A DNA stretch of 63,743 bases, counting the filler, from Octopus bimaculoides (Eukaryota), in NCBI RefSeq assembly GCF_001194135.2. It is 5 parts of 4 records of this genome, joined end to end, with 100 filler letters (N's around TTAATTAATTAA, not from the genome) between each part and the next. Parts side by side here need not be neighbours in the genome. Positions count along the whole stretch, not along the records: positions 33,877 to 51,921 come from NC_068983.1; 4 more parts are not named here. One strand, 5' to 3'. Shown in pieces: positions 36,521-50,482 of this stretch. Numbering within the stretch: position 1 is the stretch's first letter; each line of letters begins with the position of its first letter. Made by a program: the position numbers and the translations under genes. The notes beneath the pieces were generated by a model that made no database searches, was not told the origin of the DNA, and saw nothing but the letters and a program-made list of their open reading frames with translations.

Positions 36521-37778
36521 NNNNNNNNNNNNNNNNNNNNNNNNNNNNNNNNNNNNNNNNNNNNNNNNNNNNNNNNNNNNNNNNNNNNNNNNNNNNNNNN
36601 NNNNNNNNNNNNNNNNNNNNNNNNNNNNNNNNNNNNNNNNNNNNNNNNNNNNNNNNNNNNNNNNNNNNNNNNNNNNNNNNNNNNNNNNNNNNNNNNNNNN
36701 NNNNNNNNNNNNNNNNNNNNNNNNNNNNNNNNNNNNNNNNNNNNNNNNNNNNNNNNNNNNNNNNNNNNNNNNNNNNNNNNNNNNNNNNNNNNNNNNNNNN
36801 NNNNNNNNNNNNNNNNNNNNNNNNNNNNNNNNNNNNNNNNNNNNNNNNNNNNNNNNNNNNNNNNNNNNNNNNNNNNNNNNNNNNNNNNNNNNNNNNNNNN
36901 NNNNNNNNNNNNNNNNNNNNNNNNNNNNNNNNNNNNNNNNNNNNNNNNNNNNNNNNNNNNNNNNNNNNNNNNNNNNNNNNNNNNNNNNNNNNNNNNNNNN
37001 NNNNNNNNNNNNNNNNNNNNNNNNNNNNNNNNNNNNNNNNNNNNNNNNNNNNNNNNNNNNNNNNNNNNNNNNNNNNNNNNNNNNNNNNNNNNNNNNNNNN
37101 NNNNNNNNNNNNNNNNNNNNNNNNNNNNNNNNNNNNNNNNNNNNNNNNNNNNNNNNNNNNNNNNNNNNNNNNNNNNNNNNNNNNNNNNNNNNNNNNNNNN
37201 NNNNNNNNNNNNNNNNNNNNNNNNNNNNNNNNNNNNNNNNNNNNNNNNNNNNNNNNNNNNNNNNNNNNNNNNNNNNNNNNNNNNNNNNNNNNNNNNNNNN
37301 NNNNNNNNNNNNNNNNNNNNNNNNNNNNNNNNNNNNNNNNNNNNNNNNNNNNNNNNNNNNNNNNNNNNNNNNNNNNNNNNNNNNNNNNNNNNNNNNNNNN
37401 NNNNNNNNTATATATCAATGTATCAATACCTTTCTATTTATCCGTTTACGAGAATACACCGTATATGTTTCTTCTGACATTCAATTTCTGCCATCCATAT
37501 ACGATGTACGAATCACCGTTTCCACCATGACAACAACAAGAACAACAAGAACAAGAACGAAGGTGGTGACGACGTCGACAACACAACATTTAGCACCACT
37601 GCAGTTAACACTATTACGTCCACCACCAGCACCACTAGCACCAGAAGCACTCCAACCCAACTCCACTAGCACCACTACACTACAACCCCAACAACAAAGA
37701 CCAACGTCAACTTACCATAATGGTATTAAGAATCGGGGACAAATAGAAGAATATAAATCAATAAAAGAACTTTCACCA

Positions 37779-37839
<61 letters not shown>

Positions 37840-39367
37840 GTGGTGCCGACCAAAAAACGAATGCCAAAAGATAAAGGAAATCTTACGGGAGAGGAAAAAA
37901 TAGTCAAGAGTAAGGAGAAGAAAATACAAGAAATGCTGCAAAAAGGAGGGAATAAAAGAAAACACGAGATTAAATAAAAAGAGAAAGAAATAAGAATAAA
38001 TAATATATAATATATAAATAAAAACATAAAATAAAATACGAGGTAAAATCTAACGTTAACCACCATTTGTTAGCTTCANNNNNNNNNNNNNNNNNNNNNN
38101 NNNNNNNNNNNNNNNNNNNNNNNNNNNNNNNNNNNNNNNNNNNNNNNNNNNNNNNNNNNNNNNNNNNNNNNNNNNNNNNNNNNNNNNNNNNNNNNNNNNN
38201 NNNNNNNNNNNNNNNNNNNNNNNNNNNNNNNNNNNNNNNNNNNNNNNNNNNNNNNNNNNNNNNNNNNNNNNNNNNNNNNNNNNNNNNNNNNNNNNNNNNN
38301 NNNNNNNNNNNNNNNNNNNNNNNNNNNNNNNNNNNNNNNNNNNNNNNNNNNNNNNNNNNNNNNNNNNNNNNNNNNNNNNNNNNNNNNNNNNNNNNNNNNN
38401 NNNNNNNNNNNNNNNNNNNNNNNNNNNNNNNNNNNNNNNNNNNNNNNNNNATATATATATATAATACATGTATATATTTGTGTGTGTGTGTGTGTGTGTA
38501 GATATAGATACATAAATATACATATGTGTGTATGCGAATGCCCCTATATGCCTGCATGTATGGAAACGCATGCAAACACACATACTCATCAACATTATAA
38601 ACGTTACATACGCATGAAAATAAAAAAAAACACAAAAAAACTACAAAAAACTACAAAAACACATACGCATAAAAATAAAGGGAACAAAAAAATATTAAAG
38701 AAAAAACGAAGAGGCACCTAAGTAGTCGCCATTACAATCCATAGAATTTTCTCGCACGAACGGCTTTCCATAGTTATATGGTACGGTCGCTATTATTCAC
38801 ACAGTGAAGACATTTTCCCATAAACACACCATCGTGTCCAATCGCTCTTTGCTTCTTCCTTGTTCTAACAGACATGTTTCTTTATCTCCGGCAACGAATG
38901 AATCGATTCTTAACTTAAAATGGTCAATGCCAAGAACGCTGAAAACCGCTTTTTTTTTTGTATGTTATTTTATTTATGTTTCATTTAGTTCATTCTCTAT
39001 TTCTGTTTTTCTTTTTATATTTCTTGTCGTTTTTGGTGTATTATTTTTTTCTCACTTTAGCCAGTTTCTTTCCCAACTCACTTCTCCCCCCCTCTTTCTC
39101 TTCTTCTGTCTTTCTCCTCTCTCTCTCTCTCTCTATCTCTCTCTCTTTCTCTCTCTCTCTCAATAGCTCTTTCTTTTTATCTCTCTCTCCTTCTCAATTC
39201 TCAGTACACACCGAAGTCACACACAAACACAAATGTACGTGAATTTTGCCGGATCTTTGAACACACATACACACATTTAAGCATATATACATGTGTGTGT
39301 TTGTATATATTTAGCGGATCTTATATATATATATATATTTATATGTAAATGTATATATGTATGTGTA

Positions 39368-39420
<53 letters not shown>

Positions 39421-40374
39421 NNNNNNNNNNNNNNNNNNNNNNNNNNNNNNNNNNNNNNNNNNNNNNNNNNNNNNNNNNNNNNNNNNNNNNNNNNNNNNNN
39501 NNNNNNNNNNNNNNNNNNNNNNNNNNNNNNNNNNNNNNNNNNNNNNNNNNNNNNNNNNNNNNNNNNNNNNNNNNNNNNNNNNNNNNNNNNNNNNNNNNNN
39601 NNNNNNNNNNNNNNNNNNNNNNNNNNNNNNNNNNNNNNNNNNNNNNNNNNNNNNNNNNNNNNNNNNNNNNNNNNNNNNNNNNNNNNNNNNNNNNNNNNNN
39701 NNNNNNNNNNNNNNNNNNNNNNNNNNNNNNNNNNNNNNNNNNNNNNNNNNNNNNNNNNNNNNNNNNNNNNNNNNNNNNNNNNNNNNNNNNNNNNNNNNNN
39801 NNNNNNNNNNNNNNNNNNNNNNNNNNNNNNNNNNNNNNNNNNNNNNNNNNNNNNNNNNNNNNNNNNNNNNNNNNNNNNNNNNNNNNNNNNNNNNNNNNNN
39901 NNNNNNNNNNNNNNNNNNNNNNNNNNNNNNNNNNNNNNNNNNNNNNNNNNNNNNNNNNNNNNNNNNNNNNNNNNNNNNNNNNNNNNNNNNNNNNNNNNNN
40001 NNNNNNNNNNNNNNNNNNNNNNNNNNNNNNNNNNNNNNNNNNNNNNNNNNNNNNNNNNNNNNNNNNNNNNNNNNNNNNNNNNNNNNNNNNNNNNNNNNNN
40101 NNNNNNNNNNNNNNNNNNNNNNNNNNNNNNNNNNNNNNNNNNNNNNNNNNNNNNNNNNNNNNNNNNNNNNNNNNNNNNNNNNNNNNNNNNNNNNNNNNNN
40201 NNNNNNNNNNNNNNNNNNNNNNNNNNNNNNNNNNNNNNNNNNNNNNNNNNNNNNNNNNNNNNCTATAGCCTCGGTCCAACCAAAGCCTTGTGAGTGGATT
40301 TGGTAGACAGAAACTGAAAGAAGCCCGTCGTATATATGTATACATATATATGTATGTGTGTTTGTGTGTCTGTG

Positions 40375-40570
40375 TTTGTCCCCCCACCATCGCTTGACAA
40401 CCGATGCTGGTGTGTTTATGTCCCCGTAACTTAGCGGTTCGGCAAAAGAAACTGATAGAATAAGTACTAGGCTTACAAAGAATAAGTCCTGGGGTCGACT
40501 TGCTCGACTATAAAGGCGGTGCTCCAGCATGGCCGCAGTCAAATGACTGAAACAAGTAAAAGAGTAAAGA
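40375..40570 (+). mobile_element. SINE family D (3' tail shared with the CR1-like LINE)
   Basis: aaccgatgctggtgtgttta..cttagcggttcggcaaaaga..gatagaataagtactagg..ctggggtcgac..ggcggtgctccagcatggccgcagtc..ctgaaacaagtaaaaga. Other copies: 8679-8805, 43740-43930 and 51105-51265 (+); 523-645, 20545-20680, 29978-30195 and 45260-45345 (-). Confidence 0.82.
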
Positions 40571-41012
40571 GAGATATATGTATACATATATGTGTATTTG
40601 TGTGTAATTGTGAGTGTGAGTATGTGGTACGCACGCACTCATCTATTCCTTCCCCTCCTTCTTCCCTCCCTACTCCTTCTCCTCCTTCTTCCCTCCCTAC
40701 TCCTTCCCCTCTTTCTCCTTCTCCCCTTTCTCCTCCTCCTCCTCCTCTTCCTTCTCGAGCTTCCTGTTGCCATTATCTTTTATTTAATTTCCTCTCATCA
40801 ACATTCTTATCATCATCATCATCATCGTCATTATTATTATCATTATTACTTTTAAGGCGGCTCGCTGACACAACCGTCAGTACACCTGACAACTATGCCT
40901 TTCCCCCTTTAGGGGTCGATAAAATAAGTACCAGGAGAATGCCATCGACCTTTCCCCAAAATTTCAGGCCTTGTGCCTATAGTAGAAGCGATTATTATTA
41001 TTATCATTAATA

Positions 41013-41225
41013 AGGCAGTAAGCTATCAGAATCTTTAGCAGGCCGGGCGAAACGCTTAGCGGTGTTTCGTCTGTCTTTACGTTCTTAGTTCAAATTCTGT
41101 CGAGGTCGACTTTACCTTTCATCCTTTCGGGGTCGATAAATCAAGTACCAGTTGAGTACTGGGGTTGATGTGATGGACTGTTCCCTCCCTACCAAACCTA
41201 GTCCTTGTGCCTATAGTAGAAACGA
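41013..41225 (+). mobile_element. SINE family C copy
   Basis: Full head, B-box-like AGTTCAAATTC, core and tail ccttgtgcctatagtagaaacgatcattatc. Confidence 0.8.
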
Positions 41226-41560
41226 TCATTATCATCTACTGCACCTCTGTTTTGTTGGGGGGGGGGGAGCATTTTGTGTTCTTTTTGTGCTGTTGGAAGT
41301 GTGCGAACTATTCCCGGTACTGCATTGTGCTAGCTTTTTTTTCCTTGAGTTGTGGTTCCGTCTTTTGTTGTGTTTACTGCTTGTGTGTTGAGTGTGTAAT
41401 GCTTTGGTTTTCCAGCTTGCCGGTGGGAGTTTATTTCACTGGGTAAATGCAGTATAGAGCGTGTTTTGTATTTCTGGATTGTTTTGTTTAGGCTGTATTA
41501 TTGGATTGGTAGTGTCTTGCGTATGATGTGGGCTGTTCCTAGCAGGATTATTTTTTGGAC

Positions 41561-41617
<57 letters not shown>

Positions 41618-41836
41618 GTTGTTTTTTTTCTTCTTTCTTCAAATTTTCTTCCATTTCTCGCCGAGTGTTTTCCGTACACCTAGGGCAGAGAAACTCGTTG
41701 TATGTATTCCCAGTTTACACACGCAAATTCACAGGTAATATATGTATTTAAAAAATAAATAGATACATAAATAAATTCATGAATGGATGTTGTTTTCACA
41801 GCGATAATGCTCTTCTCAGTACATGATTCGTTCCAG

Positions 41837-41869
<33 letters not shown>

Positions 41870-42749
41870 TCATCGTCATCATCATTTTCATCTCATCGCT
41901 ATCAAATTGATAAAAGAACTAATGCCATACCATCGCCCATTCTCATTCTCCTTCAGCACTACTGCTCTTTATCATCGTTGTCGTCATCAGTTCGTTTTCA
42001 CCATCATTTTCCTCTTATTTGTGTTCATTTTCAATAAGTCAACCTCCCTATAGTGAAGAATCTCTAAAAATTCCAATATGTGTTCACGTTTGTAAATTCT
42101 TTTTTCTTTCTTTTCTTTTTCTTTTTTTTTTTTCAAACTCTACGCAACCAATACACTTGGGGGAAACCCCCCCACCTCCAAATCTGGTTCGCTGCTGAAA
42201 AAAGAAAAAACAAAACAAAAGCAAAACAAAATAAAACAAAGCAAAACAAGCCTTGTGGGTCATGAATAATTAACAAAGGAAAGGCAGCGTTCTAGTTCGT
42301 TGTTTCGAACGCCTCGACTTCTACATTCAGAATAATAACAAGGAGTTCCATGATGCCAATTTTTACCTCCAGCCTGTTAATCTTACCCCAAAGAGACCTA
42401 AATTTAATTGAATCAATTCCGAAACCCCTTCTTTTCTTTTCCTTTTCTCTTCTCATCTCGTTGTTTTGTTTATTTCTATCTTCTTTTCTTCCATTTATTC
42501 CCTTTTCTTCTTCCATATATTTCTTTCCGTTTATTCTCCATCTCTATGTCTTTCTTCCTCTGTTTCTTTTCTCCGTTTTGTCTTCCGTACTTTCCTTGCT
42601 TTTTTATTCTCTGTCGCTCGCTATCTCTCTCAGTTGCTATCGTTTTACACTTTCATTTCTTTCCTTCTTTCTTTCCATAGTGTGTTTCTTTTAAAGCATC
42701 CACTGGTCAAACTTACACCAATCGGTTCTTTTCTGTACCCCCCTCTCTC

Positions 42750-42787
42750 TCTCTCTATCTATCTATCAATCTATCTATCTATCTATC

Positions 42788-42857
<70 letters not shown>

Positions 42858-42870
42858 GCTCGCTCTCTCT
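42750..42870 (+). repeat. (TATC)n microsatellite
   Basis: Directly visible. A similar tract lies at 34750-34863. Confidence 0.97.
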
Positions 42871-42951
42871 CTATCTACTAGTTGTATCTACTACCTTTCG
42901 TACATTAAAAGTAACATTACTCAAACTTTAACACCGCCAGAATAAAATATA

Positions 42952-43051
42952 GACGTAGGCGTGGCTGTGTGGTAAGAAGTTTGCTTCCCACTTACATGGT
43001 TCTTGGTTCAGTCCTTCTGCGTGGCACCGTGGGCAAGTGCCTTCTACTATA
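42952..43051 (+). mobile_element. SINE family B, 5' part
   Basis: GCGTGGCTGTGTGGTAAGAAG A-box, GGTTCAGTCC B-box, then gtggcaccgtgggcaagtgccttctactatag. Confidence 0.8.
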
Positions 43052-43494
43052 GAATATGTATCATGTCACGAGACGAGAAGTACGAAAGTAGAAACAGTTA
43101 TGAAGGCATATACCACCGGGGTGGACTTGTCGTATTTTCGGTGACCAGAAAAACCAATTATTTCAAAATATTTTATCGATCTCAAAAGGATAAAACGCAA
43201 TGTTCACCGCGACAGGATCTGAACTGAAAATACAAAAAAGCCAGCATAAATAACACAAGTATTTTCTGAAGCTTTCCTGATTCTGTCAATCTATCGTCTT
43301 CGTCAATCAGTTTAATGTTATTTCCACGTGACTTGTGGTGCCAAAAACTGAAGTTTAAACGATTGTAAACATTGGGACGGGTCCTCTGGTATAGGGACAA
43401 CCCATGAGATGTGGTTTCTTCCCTGTTTCCCATCACTAGTCTCAGACCCTAAAATGGTCATAGACTTTGCTATATTTGATCTCCTCCGATCTCT

Positions 43495-43665
43495 AACTGA
43501 GGTAGAGTGGTTGAGAAGCTCGTTTAGCAACCTTGTGGTTTCGGATTCAATCTCACTGCGCGGCACCTTGGCTGTCTTCTACTTTAGCCCCGGGCCAACC
43601 AATGTCTTGTGAATGAATTTGATAGATGGGAAGTGTGTGGAAGCCCATCGCTTATATGTGTGTGT
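43495..43665 (+). mobile_element. SINE family B copy
   Basis: Head and core, plus the tail gtgaatgaatttgatagatgggaagtgtgtggaagcccatcg followed by (TG)n. Confidence 0.75.
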
Positions 43666-44599
43666 GTATGTATACATACATGAATACATATATATTTATA
43701 TTGTGTGTGTGTGTATTTTGGTGTTTGTTGTTTATACCCTATCATCCATTTGGCGACCAGAGTTGGCTTATTTACATCCCCCGAAACTTAGCAGTTCAGC
43801 TAAGGAGAGCTGATAGAATAAACACCAGGTGTTAAAAAAATGCTCTGGGGTCGATTTGTTCGACTAAACTCTTTAAGACGGTGCCCCAGCGTGGCCGCAG
43901 TCCAATGACTGAAACAAGTAAAAGATAGAGGTAATTATACGTTATAGAATTCTTTAAATGGAAACAGTGAATAACAGGTTTTGGAATAGGGCTCTGGAAA
44001 TCCTGTAGTTCCACAAGTCAATATATTGCGGTAGATTAGAGTGAAATTGCTCCAAGCTCAGTCGGTGTTTAGAAAATCTTGATTTTCTTACAATATCGAA
44101 TTTTATGATAGCTTCTGTAATGATGTGTAAGAACTGATGCTAAATTTCTAGAAAGTTCTGTCTTATGATTTAAATTGTTGCAACAAAGCAATCTAGAATA
44201 TGCACCGCGAAAGAGAAAAACTATGAAGAGCTAGGAATAGATATGGAGGAAAAGGTGAGCGGTAAAAAGGAAGGAGAGAAGAAAAGGAAAGAAGAACAGA
44301 AAGCTGGAAGGAGGGAACGAAGGGGAGGGAAGAAAAAGTGGGAAAGGAGAAAAGAATAAAAGAAAAAGGAGTGGATGAGAAAGATATGTTTAAGGAAAGA
44401 TAAGTGTGTAAGGAATGCTTGTAAGCGAAAGTGAAAGTGAAAGCGAGGAAGGGAAAACGAGACAGAAAACTAGACAAAGTGAGAGACACACAGTAAAAAG
44501 AAAGGAGGCGGATAAAAAGGTTGATAGATAGTGAGAAGGACAGAGAAGAAGAGAGCGACAGTGTGAGGGGAAGAAAACAAAGCCGGAAGGTTACGAGTC

Positions 44600-44790
44600 A
44601 GAGGGGAGAGAGAGAGACAGAGAGAGACAGAGAGAGACAGAGACAGAGAGAGACAGAGAGAGACAGAGAGACAGAGAGAGACAGAGAGAGACAGAGAGAG
44701 AGAGACAGAGAGAGAGAGAGACAGAGACAGAGAGAGACAGAGACAGAGAGAGACAGAGACAGAGAGAGACAGAGACAGAGAGAGAGAGAC
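44600..44790 (+). repeat. (GAGACA)n/(GA)n compound microsatellite
   Basis: Directly visible. A larger related tract lies at 46090-47300. Confidence 0.95.
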
Positions 44791-45420
44791 AGTGGAATTT
44801 CAGAAAGGAAGAGAGTTTGATTGAAAGGAGCAAAAATAGGGGAAGGAAAATAGAGAGAGANNNNNNNNNNNNNNNNNNNNNNNNNNNNNNNNNNNNNNNN
44901 NNNNNNNNNNNNNNNNNNNNNNNNNNNNNNNNNNNNNNNNNNNNNNNNNNNNNNNNNNNNNNNNNNNNNNNNNNNNNNNNNNNNNNNNNNNNNNNNNNNN
45001 NNNNNNNNNNNNNNNNNNNNNNNNNNNNNNNNNNNNNNNNNNNNNNNNNNNNNNNNNNNNNNNNNNNNNNNNNNNNNNNNNNNNNNNNNNNNNNNNNNNN
45101 NNNNNNNNNNNNNNNNNNNNNNNNNNNNNNNNNNNNNNNNNNNNNNNNNNNNNNNNNNNNNNNNNNNNNNNNNNNNNNNNNNNNNNNNNNNNNNNNNNNN
45201 NNNNNNNNNNNNNNNNNNNNNNNNNNNNNNNNNNNNNNNNNNNNNNNNNNNNNNTTATTGCATCAGGCTCCTTTGCCGAACCGTTAATTTAGAGAAACGT
45301 AAACAAACCAACACCGCTTGTCAAACGATGATGATAAGACAAGTGCAAATACAAAGCCACACATACACGCACAAACACAAACACACGCGCGCGCGCTCAC
45401 GTACGCATGCACGCACACAC

Positions 45421-45650
45421 ATCACGTGATCACGCGACCGACCAGGCTATCGGATGTTGTTACACATCGCTAGTCACAATGCACTTTTCCGTTGTTTTAA
45501 CCTTCAAATGAGGCCACCCCGCTGGCTAGGCGAGCAGTGAAATGAAGTGTTTTGCTGAAGAACACAATGTGCCGCCCAGTCCGGAAATCGAACCCACGAT
45601 CTAGCGATCATGAGTTCAACAGTCTAACCACTAGGCCACGCGCCTTCACT
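45421..45650 (-). mobile_element. SINE with the family A head and core but a different tail
   Basis: Minus strand starts GTGAAGGCGCGTGGCCTAGTGGTTAG..GGGTTCGATTTCC..ttgtgttcttcagcaaaacactt. The tail ends ...GCGTGATCACGTGAT. Confidence 0.75.
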
Positions 45651-45679
45651 TGCACGTATACATACGCAAATATTTATAT

Positions 45680-45848
45680 GTACGATGGGCTTCCACACAG
45701 TTTCCTTCTACTAAACCTACTTACAAGGCATTGGTTCCCCCGTAACTATCGAACAAAACACTCAACGAAGGTACTGCGCAGTGGGGCTGAACCCGAAATC
45801 ATGTGGTTGCAAAGCGAGATTCTTAACCACATAACTATACCTGCGCCT
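45680..45848 (-). mobile_element. SINE family B copy
   Basis: Reverse complement of the family B head, core and tail. Confidence 0.75.
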
Positions 45849-46084
45849 GTATACAGAAATAAATGAGTGAGAAGGAAAGGGTTTCTAGTTTAGGCCCAAG
45901 ACTACCAAATCTGAGGGGAAGCGGTTTGTCGACACCATCGGATCTTATGCTTGACTGATACTTTATTTCATCGACCTCGGAAGGACAAAAGGCAAGGTTG
46001 ACCGCGGTGGGATTTGAACTTAGAACTTAAAGAGCTTGAAGAAATACCGTAAAGCATTTTGTCCATCGCTGTAACGATTCTGCC

Positions 46085-46089
<5 letters not shown>

Positions 46090-46142
<53 letters not shown>

Positions 46143-46416
46143 TGGGGAAGAAGAATTAGAGAGTGTGAATGATAGAGAGAGAATGAGTCGAGAAGAGACG
46201 AAGAGGGGATGGAGAGAAGGAATTAAGAAGCGAGGGAGGAAAGAAAGATTAAAATGCAGACTGTGTCATAGAGGGAAAGTGGGAGGAGGTGAGAAAGGAA
46301 AAGAGAGTGTGTCATAGAGGGAAAGAGGGAGGAGGTGAGAATGGAAAAGAGAGTGCAAATGATAAAGAAGGGCTGAAAATGTAAAGAGCAAACGACAGTG
46401 TTTATGAAGGAGACGA

Positions 46417-46451
<35 letters not shown>

Positions 46452-46512
46452 CAGAGAGACAGAGAGACAGAGAGAGAGAGATAGAGAAACAGAGAGACAG
46501 AGAGACACCGAA

Positions 46513-46567
<55 letters not shown>

Positions 46568-46743
46568 GACAGAGAGACAGAGAGAGAGACACACAGAGAC
46601 AGAGAGACAGAGAAACAGAGAGACAGAGAGAGACAGAGACAGAGACAGAGAGACAGAGAGACACAGAGAGAGACAGAGAGACACAGAGAGACAGAGAGAC
46701 AGAGAGACAGAGAGACAGAGAGACACAGAAAGAGAGAGAGAAC

Positions 46744-46775
<32 letters not shown>

Positions 46776-47084
46776 GAGACACAGAGAGAGAGAAAGAGAG
46801 AGAGAAAGAAAGAAGGAAGGAAGAAGGAGAGACAGAGGGAAGAGATGAAATTGTATTCTTAAGTGAAGAAATAAAATAGAATGCGAATTATAGAGAAATA
46901 TATAGAGAGTGAAGAGAGGGGGGGGAGAAGAGAGAGAGAGGGGAGATAAGAGACAGTGAGAGAGGGAGAGAGAGTGGAGGGAGAGAAACAAAGAGTAGGA
47001 GAGAGAGGAGAAGGAGGAAGTGAGAGAATAACGAGAATAGAAAGATAGAAAGGATTAGTAAATGATAGGAGAAACGAAGATAGG

Positions 47085-47137
<53 letters not shown>

Positions 47138-47166
47138 GGAGAGAGAGAGAGAGATGGATAGATAGA

Positions 47167-47198
<32 letters not shown>

Positions 47199-47258
47199 CA
47201 AATAGAGAGATGAAGAGAGATGGGGAGAGAGAGAGAGAGATGGATAGATAGAGAGATG

Positions 47259-47300
<42 letters not shown>
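46090..47300 (+). repeat. Large GA/GACA/GATA compound microsatellite block with a 46-bp tandem duplication (46263-46355)
   Basis: Directly visible. Confidence 0.93.
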
Positions 47301-47438
47301 CGGATACATGCATTCGTACCTACCTCCATACATACATACACAGAGAGATAAAAAGAAGGGAGAGAGAAAGAAAGAATAGAAATCAAAAGAAGACAGAAGA
47401 ATTTGTGAATGATAAAAGACACACAGGGAAACAGGTAT

Positions 47439-47479
<41 letters not shown>

Positions 47480-47885
47480 GAGAATGTGAGAGAGTTACAG
47501 AGGAGGAAAGACATGGGGCATTTAATAAGTTTGTATTGAAATATCGTCAGTAATAGTCATCGAGGTATTGTCTTAGTTGACTGAGTATTCCGTTCTTTCG
47601 CCATATTTTCACAGATAATTTGTGTCCGCCATAATATATTCATGCATATAAGCTCACGTACGAGCAATTTGCACACGTACTTACATGCGAATATGGACGG
47701 TTTTCACACGTACGGAGACGATTAAATATATTCGTATGTCACATGTGCATACGCACAGATTTCTTTATATATATATTGTTCAAGTGTGCCACAAGCAAAT
47801 TAATCTACAGAATAGCGTCTATGCTTACACACATGTTGCTTGGGTATACACGCAAACGCATACAGATGCATATGCAATGACGCAA

Positions 47886-47924
<39 letters not shown>

Positions 47925-48484
47925 NNNNNNNNNNNNNNNNNNNNNNNNNNNNNNNNNNNNNNNNNNNNNNNNNNNNNNNNNNNNNNNNNNNNNNNNNNNN
48001 NNNNNNNNNNNNNNNNNNNNNNNNNNNNNNNNNNNNNNNNNNNNNNNNNNNNNNNNNNNNNNNNNNNNNNNNNNNNNNNNNNNNNNNNNNNNNNNNNNNN
48101 NNNNNNNNNNNNNNNNNNNNNNNNNNNNNNNNNNNNNNNNNNNNNNNNNNNNNNNNNNNNNNNNNNNNNNNNNNNNNNNNNNNNNNNNNNNNNNNNNNNN
48201 NNNNNNNNNNNNNNNNNNNNNNNNNNNNNNNNNNNNNNNNNNNNNNNNNNNNNNNNNNNNNNNNNNNNNNNNNNNNNNNNNNNNNNNNNNNNNNNNNNNN
48301 NNNNNNNNNNNNNNNNNNNNNNNNNNNNNNNNNNNNNNNNNNNNNNNNNNNNNNNNNNNNNNNNNNNNNNNNNNNNNNNNNNNNNNNNNNNNNNNNNNNN
48401 NNNNNNNNNNNNNNNNNNNNNNNNNNNNNNNNNNNNNNNNNNNNNNNNNNNNNNNNNNNNNNNNNNNNNNNNNNNNNNNNNNNN

Positions 48485-48536
<52 letters not shown>

Positions 48537-49339
48537 TTAGAGAGATAGGTAGATAGTTAGATACATAGATATATATATATATTCATAATACATATATATA
48601 TAATATATATACGTGCATTATAAGTGTGTGTGCATACATGTGTGTATATTACAAATACGCGTTAGCGGTGAAGGAAATGTTTCTATATATATGTATAAAT
48701 CTTTTAACGTGTGTGTGTGTGTGTCTGTATGTAAGAGAATGTCAGGGCAGCAAATAAATTTTGACAGCATAAGGAAATTACTGTTCACAGCAAGTTAAAT
48801 CATTTTAAGTCTTCTGTGTTGACCCTCTTTCTACGGTCATTTCCGGCGCCGGTGATATTAAGCTACCTTGCGAATACCTTCTCCACATCGAAGAAGCATC
48901 AAAGTTTGTTGGAACGTGAAACATTCTATTTCACACTTCTGTGATCTCGTAAAATGGCGTCCGTATGTGAATTCACATAGAAATGACATCTCAACGCCAA
49001 TGTCATGCTCTCTCCAATAGATCTAATGTTGTTCAAGAGGTTTCTGCTTGCAGCTCTCCGTCTCTCTCTCTCACTCTCTCTCTGTCGCTCTCTCTCTCCC
49101 TCTCTCTCTCTCTCATACACACACTCTCACCCTCACTCACTCTCTCACTCACTAACTGCCTCTCTTTCTGTCTCCCTCTGTCATTCACCGAATCGCCTTC
49201 AACTGCTTCATTATAAAAGTAAAGAGGTGAGAGTCGTTTTCTTTCGGAATTACACACTTCCACACTCACACACATGTGTGTATACACATGTGTGTATACA
49301 CATGTGTGTACGTAACTGTTTGTGTGTGCATATATATGC

Positions 49340-49370
<31 letters not shown>

Positions 49371-50100
49371 AGTGTGTGTTTCTAAGAAATAATTGTATAT
49401 ATGTATATATTTGTATGATTATGTGTGCTTGTGTGCATCAATAAGTGTGAAGTTATGTTGGATGTTTACGTATATATACAATATACACGTTACTGTATAC
49501 GTATATGCGTATCTATATATATATGTATATGTTCACATACATATATGCCTGCATTTATACACATACACACATGAATATATATATATATATATATTAACAC
49601 ACACACACATGCACACCTACTCACATACTCGAAGCAGTAGCTACTTCTACGTACACAAACATGTGCGGTTGTTTATGTAACATCCATTTGAATGTACTTG
49701 AGTGTGTGCATGTTTGTATATCTGTGTGTGTGTGTGTGTGTGCGTGTGTGTGTACGCATGTGTGCACACGTGTGAATATGTGTCTGAGCGAGCGGTGTTT
49801 ATTGCCATACATCAAAGTGTATCGAAGCGTCAGTGATGAATCCACATTATAGCCAACACGAGCTTCAACATAAACGGCCATAACATAGCCAAATAGTTTT
49901 CTTATAAAGCTGCCATTCGATTACGGGAAGCAACAAGCACTTTATATTGACAAATCTTTCTAATGCCCTGTTAGAAACACATCTCTGCTCAGAAAGAACT
50001 ATTGAATGCTTGACAAATATATCTGTTTTCTCGTTGAGCGTATATATATATATATATATACATATACTTCGTTTTTGTATCTGGTTTGCAAGTTTCTATG

Positions 50101-50138
<38 letters not shown>

Positions 50139-50450
50139 AGAAAGAGAGAGACATACAAATGCATATGTACATATACATATATATATAGACATGTATATAT
50201 NNNNNNNNNNNNNNNNNNNNNNNNNNNNNNNNNNNNNNNNNNNNNNNNNNNNNNNNNNNNNNNNNNNNNNNNNNNNNNNNNNNNNNNNNNNNNNNNNNNN
50301 NNNNNNNNNNNNNNNNNNATATATATATATATACATACATACATACACTCATACACAGACACACACTAGCTCAGGCTCACACACATACACGCATGCACAT
50401 GCACACAAACACGCACACACAAACACACACACACAAACACACACACACAA

Positions 50451-50482
<32 letters not shown>

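Noticed and set aside
37481-37874. Thr/Pro/Gln/Asn-rich 115-aa ORF resembling a mucin or low-complexity protein
   Set aside because: Built from degenerate (CAA/CCA/CTA)n and (TAA)n repeats, with no splice signals or domain.
39277-40638. 453-aa minus-strand ORF with a plausible-looking N-terminus
   Set aside because: The N-terminal part is an antisense reading of SINE D and SINE B, and the rest is N-gap.
42272-42412. 46-codon plus-strand frame QRKGSVLVRCFERLDFYIQNNNKEFHDANFYLQPVNLTPKRPKFN*
   Set aside because: Protein-like but lacks an ATG or a convincing acceptor, so it is insufficient to call.
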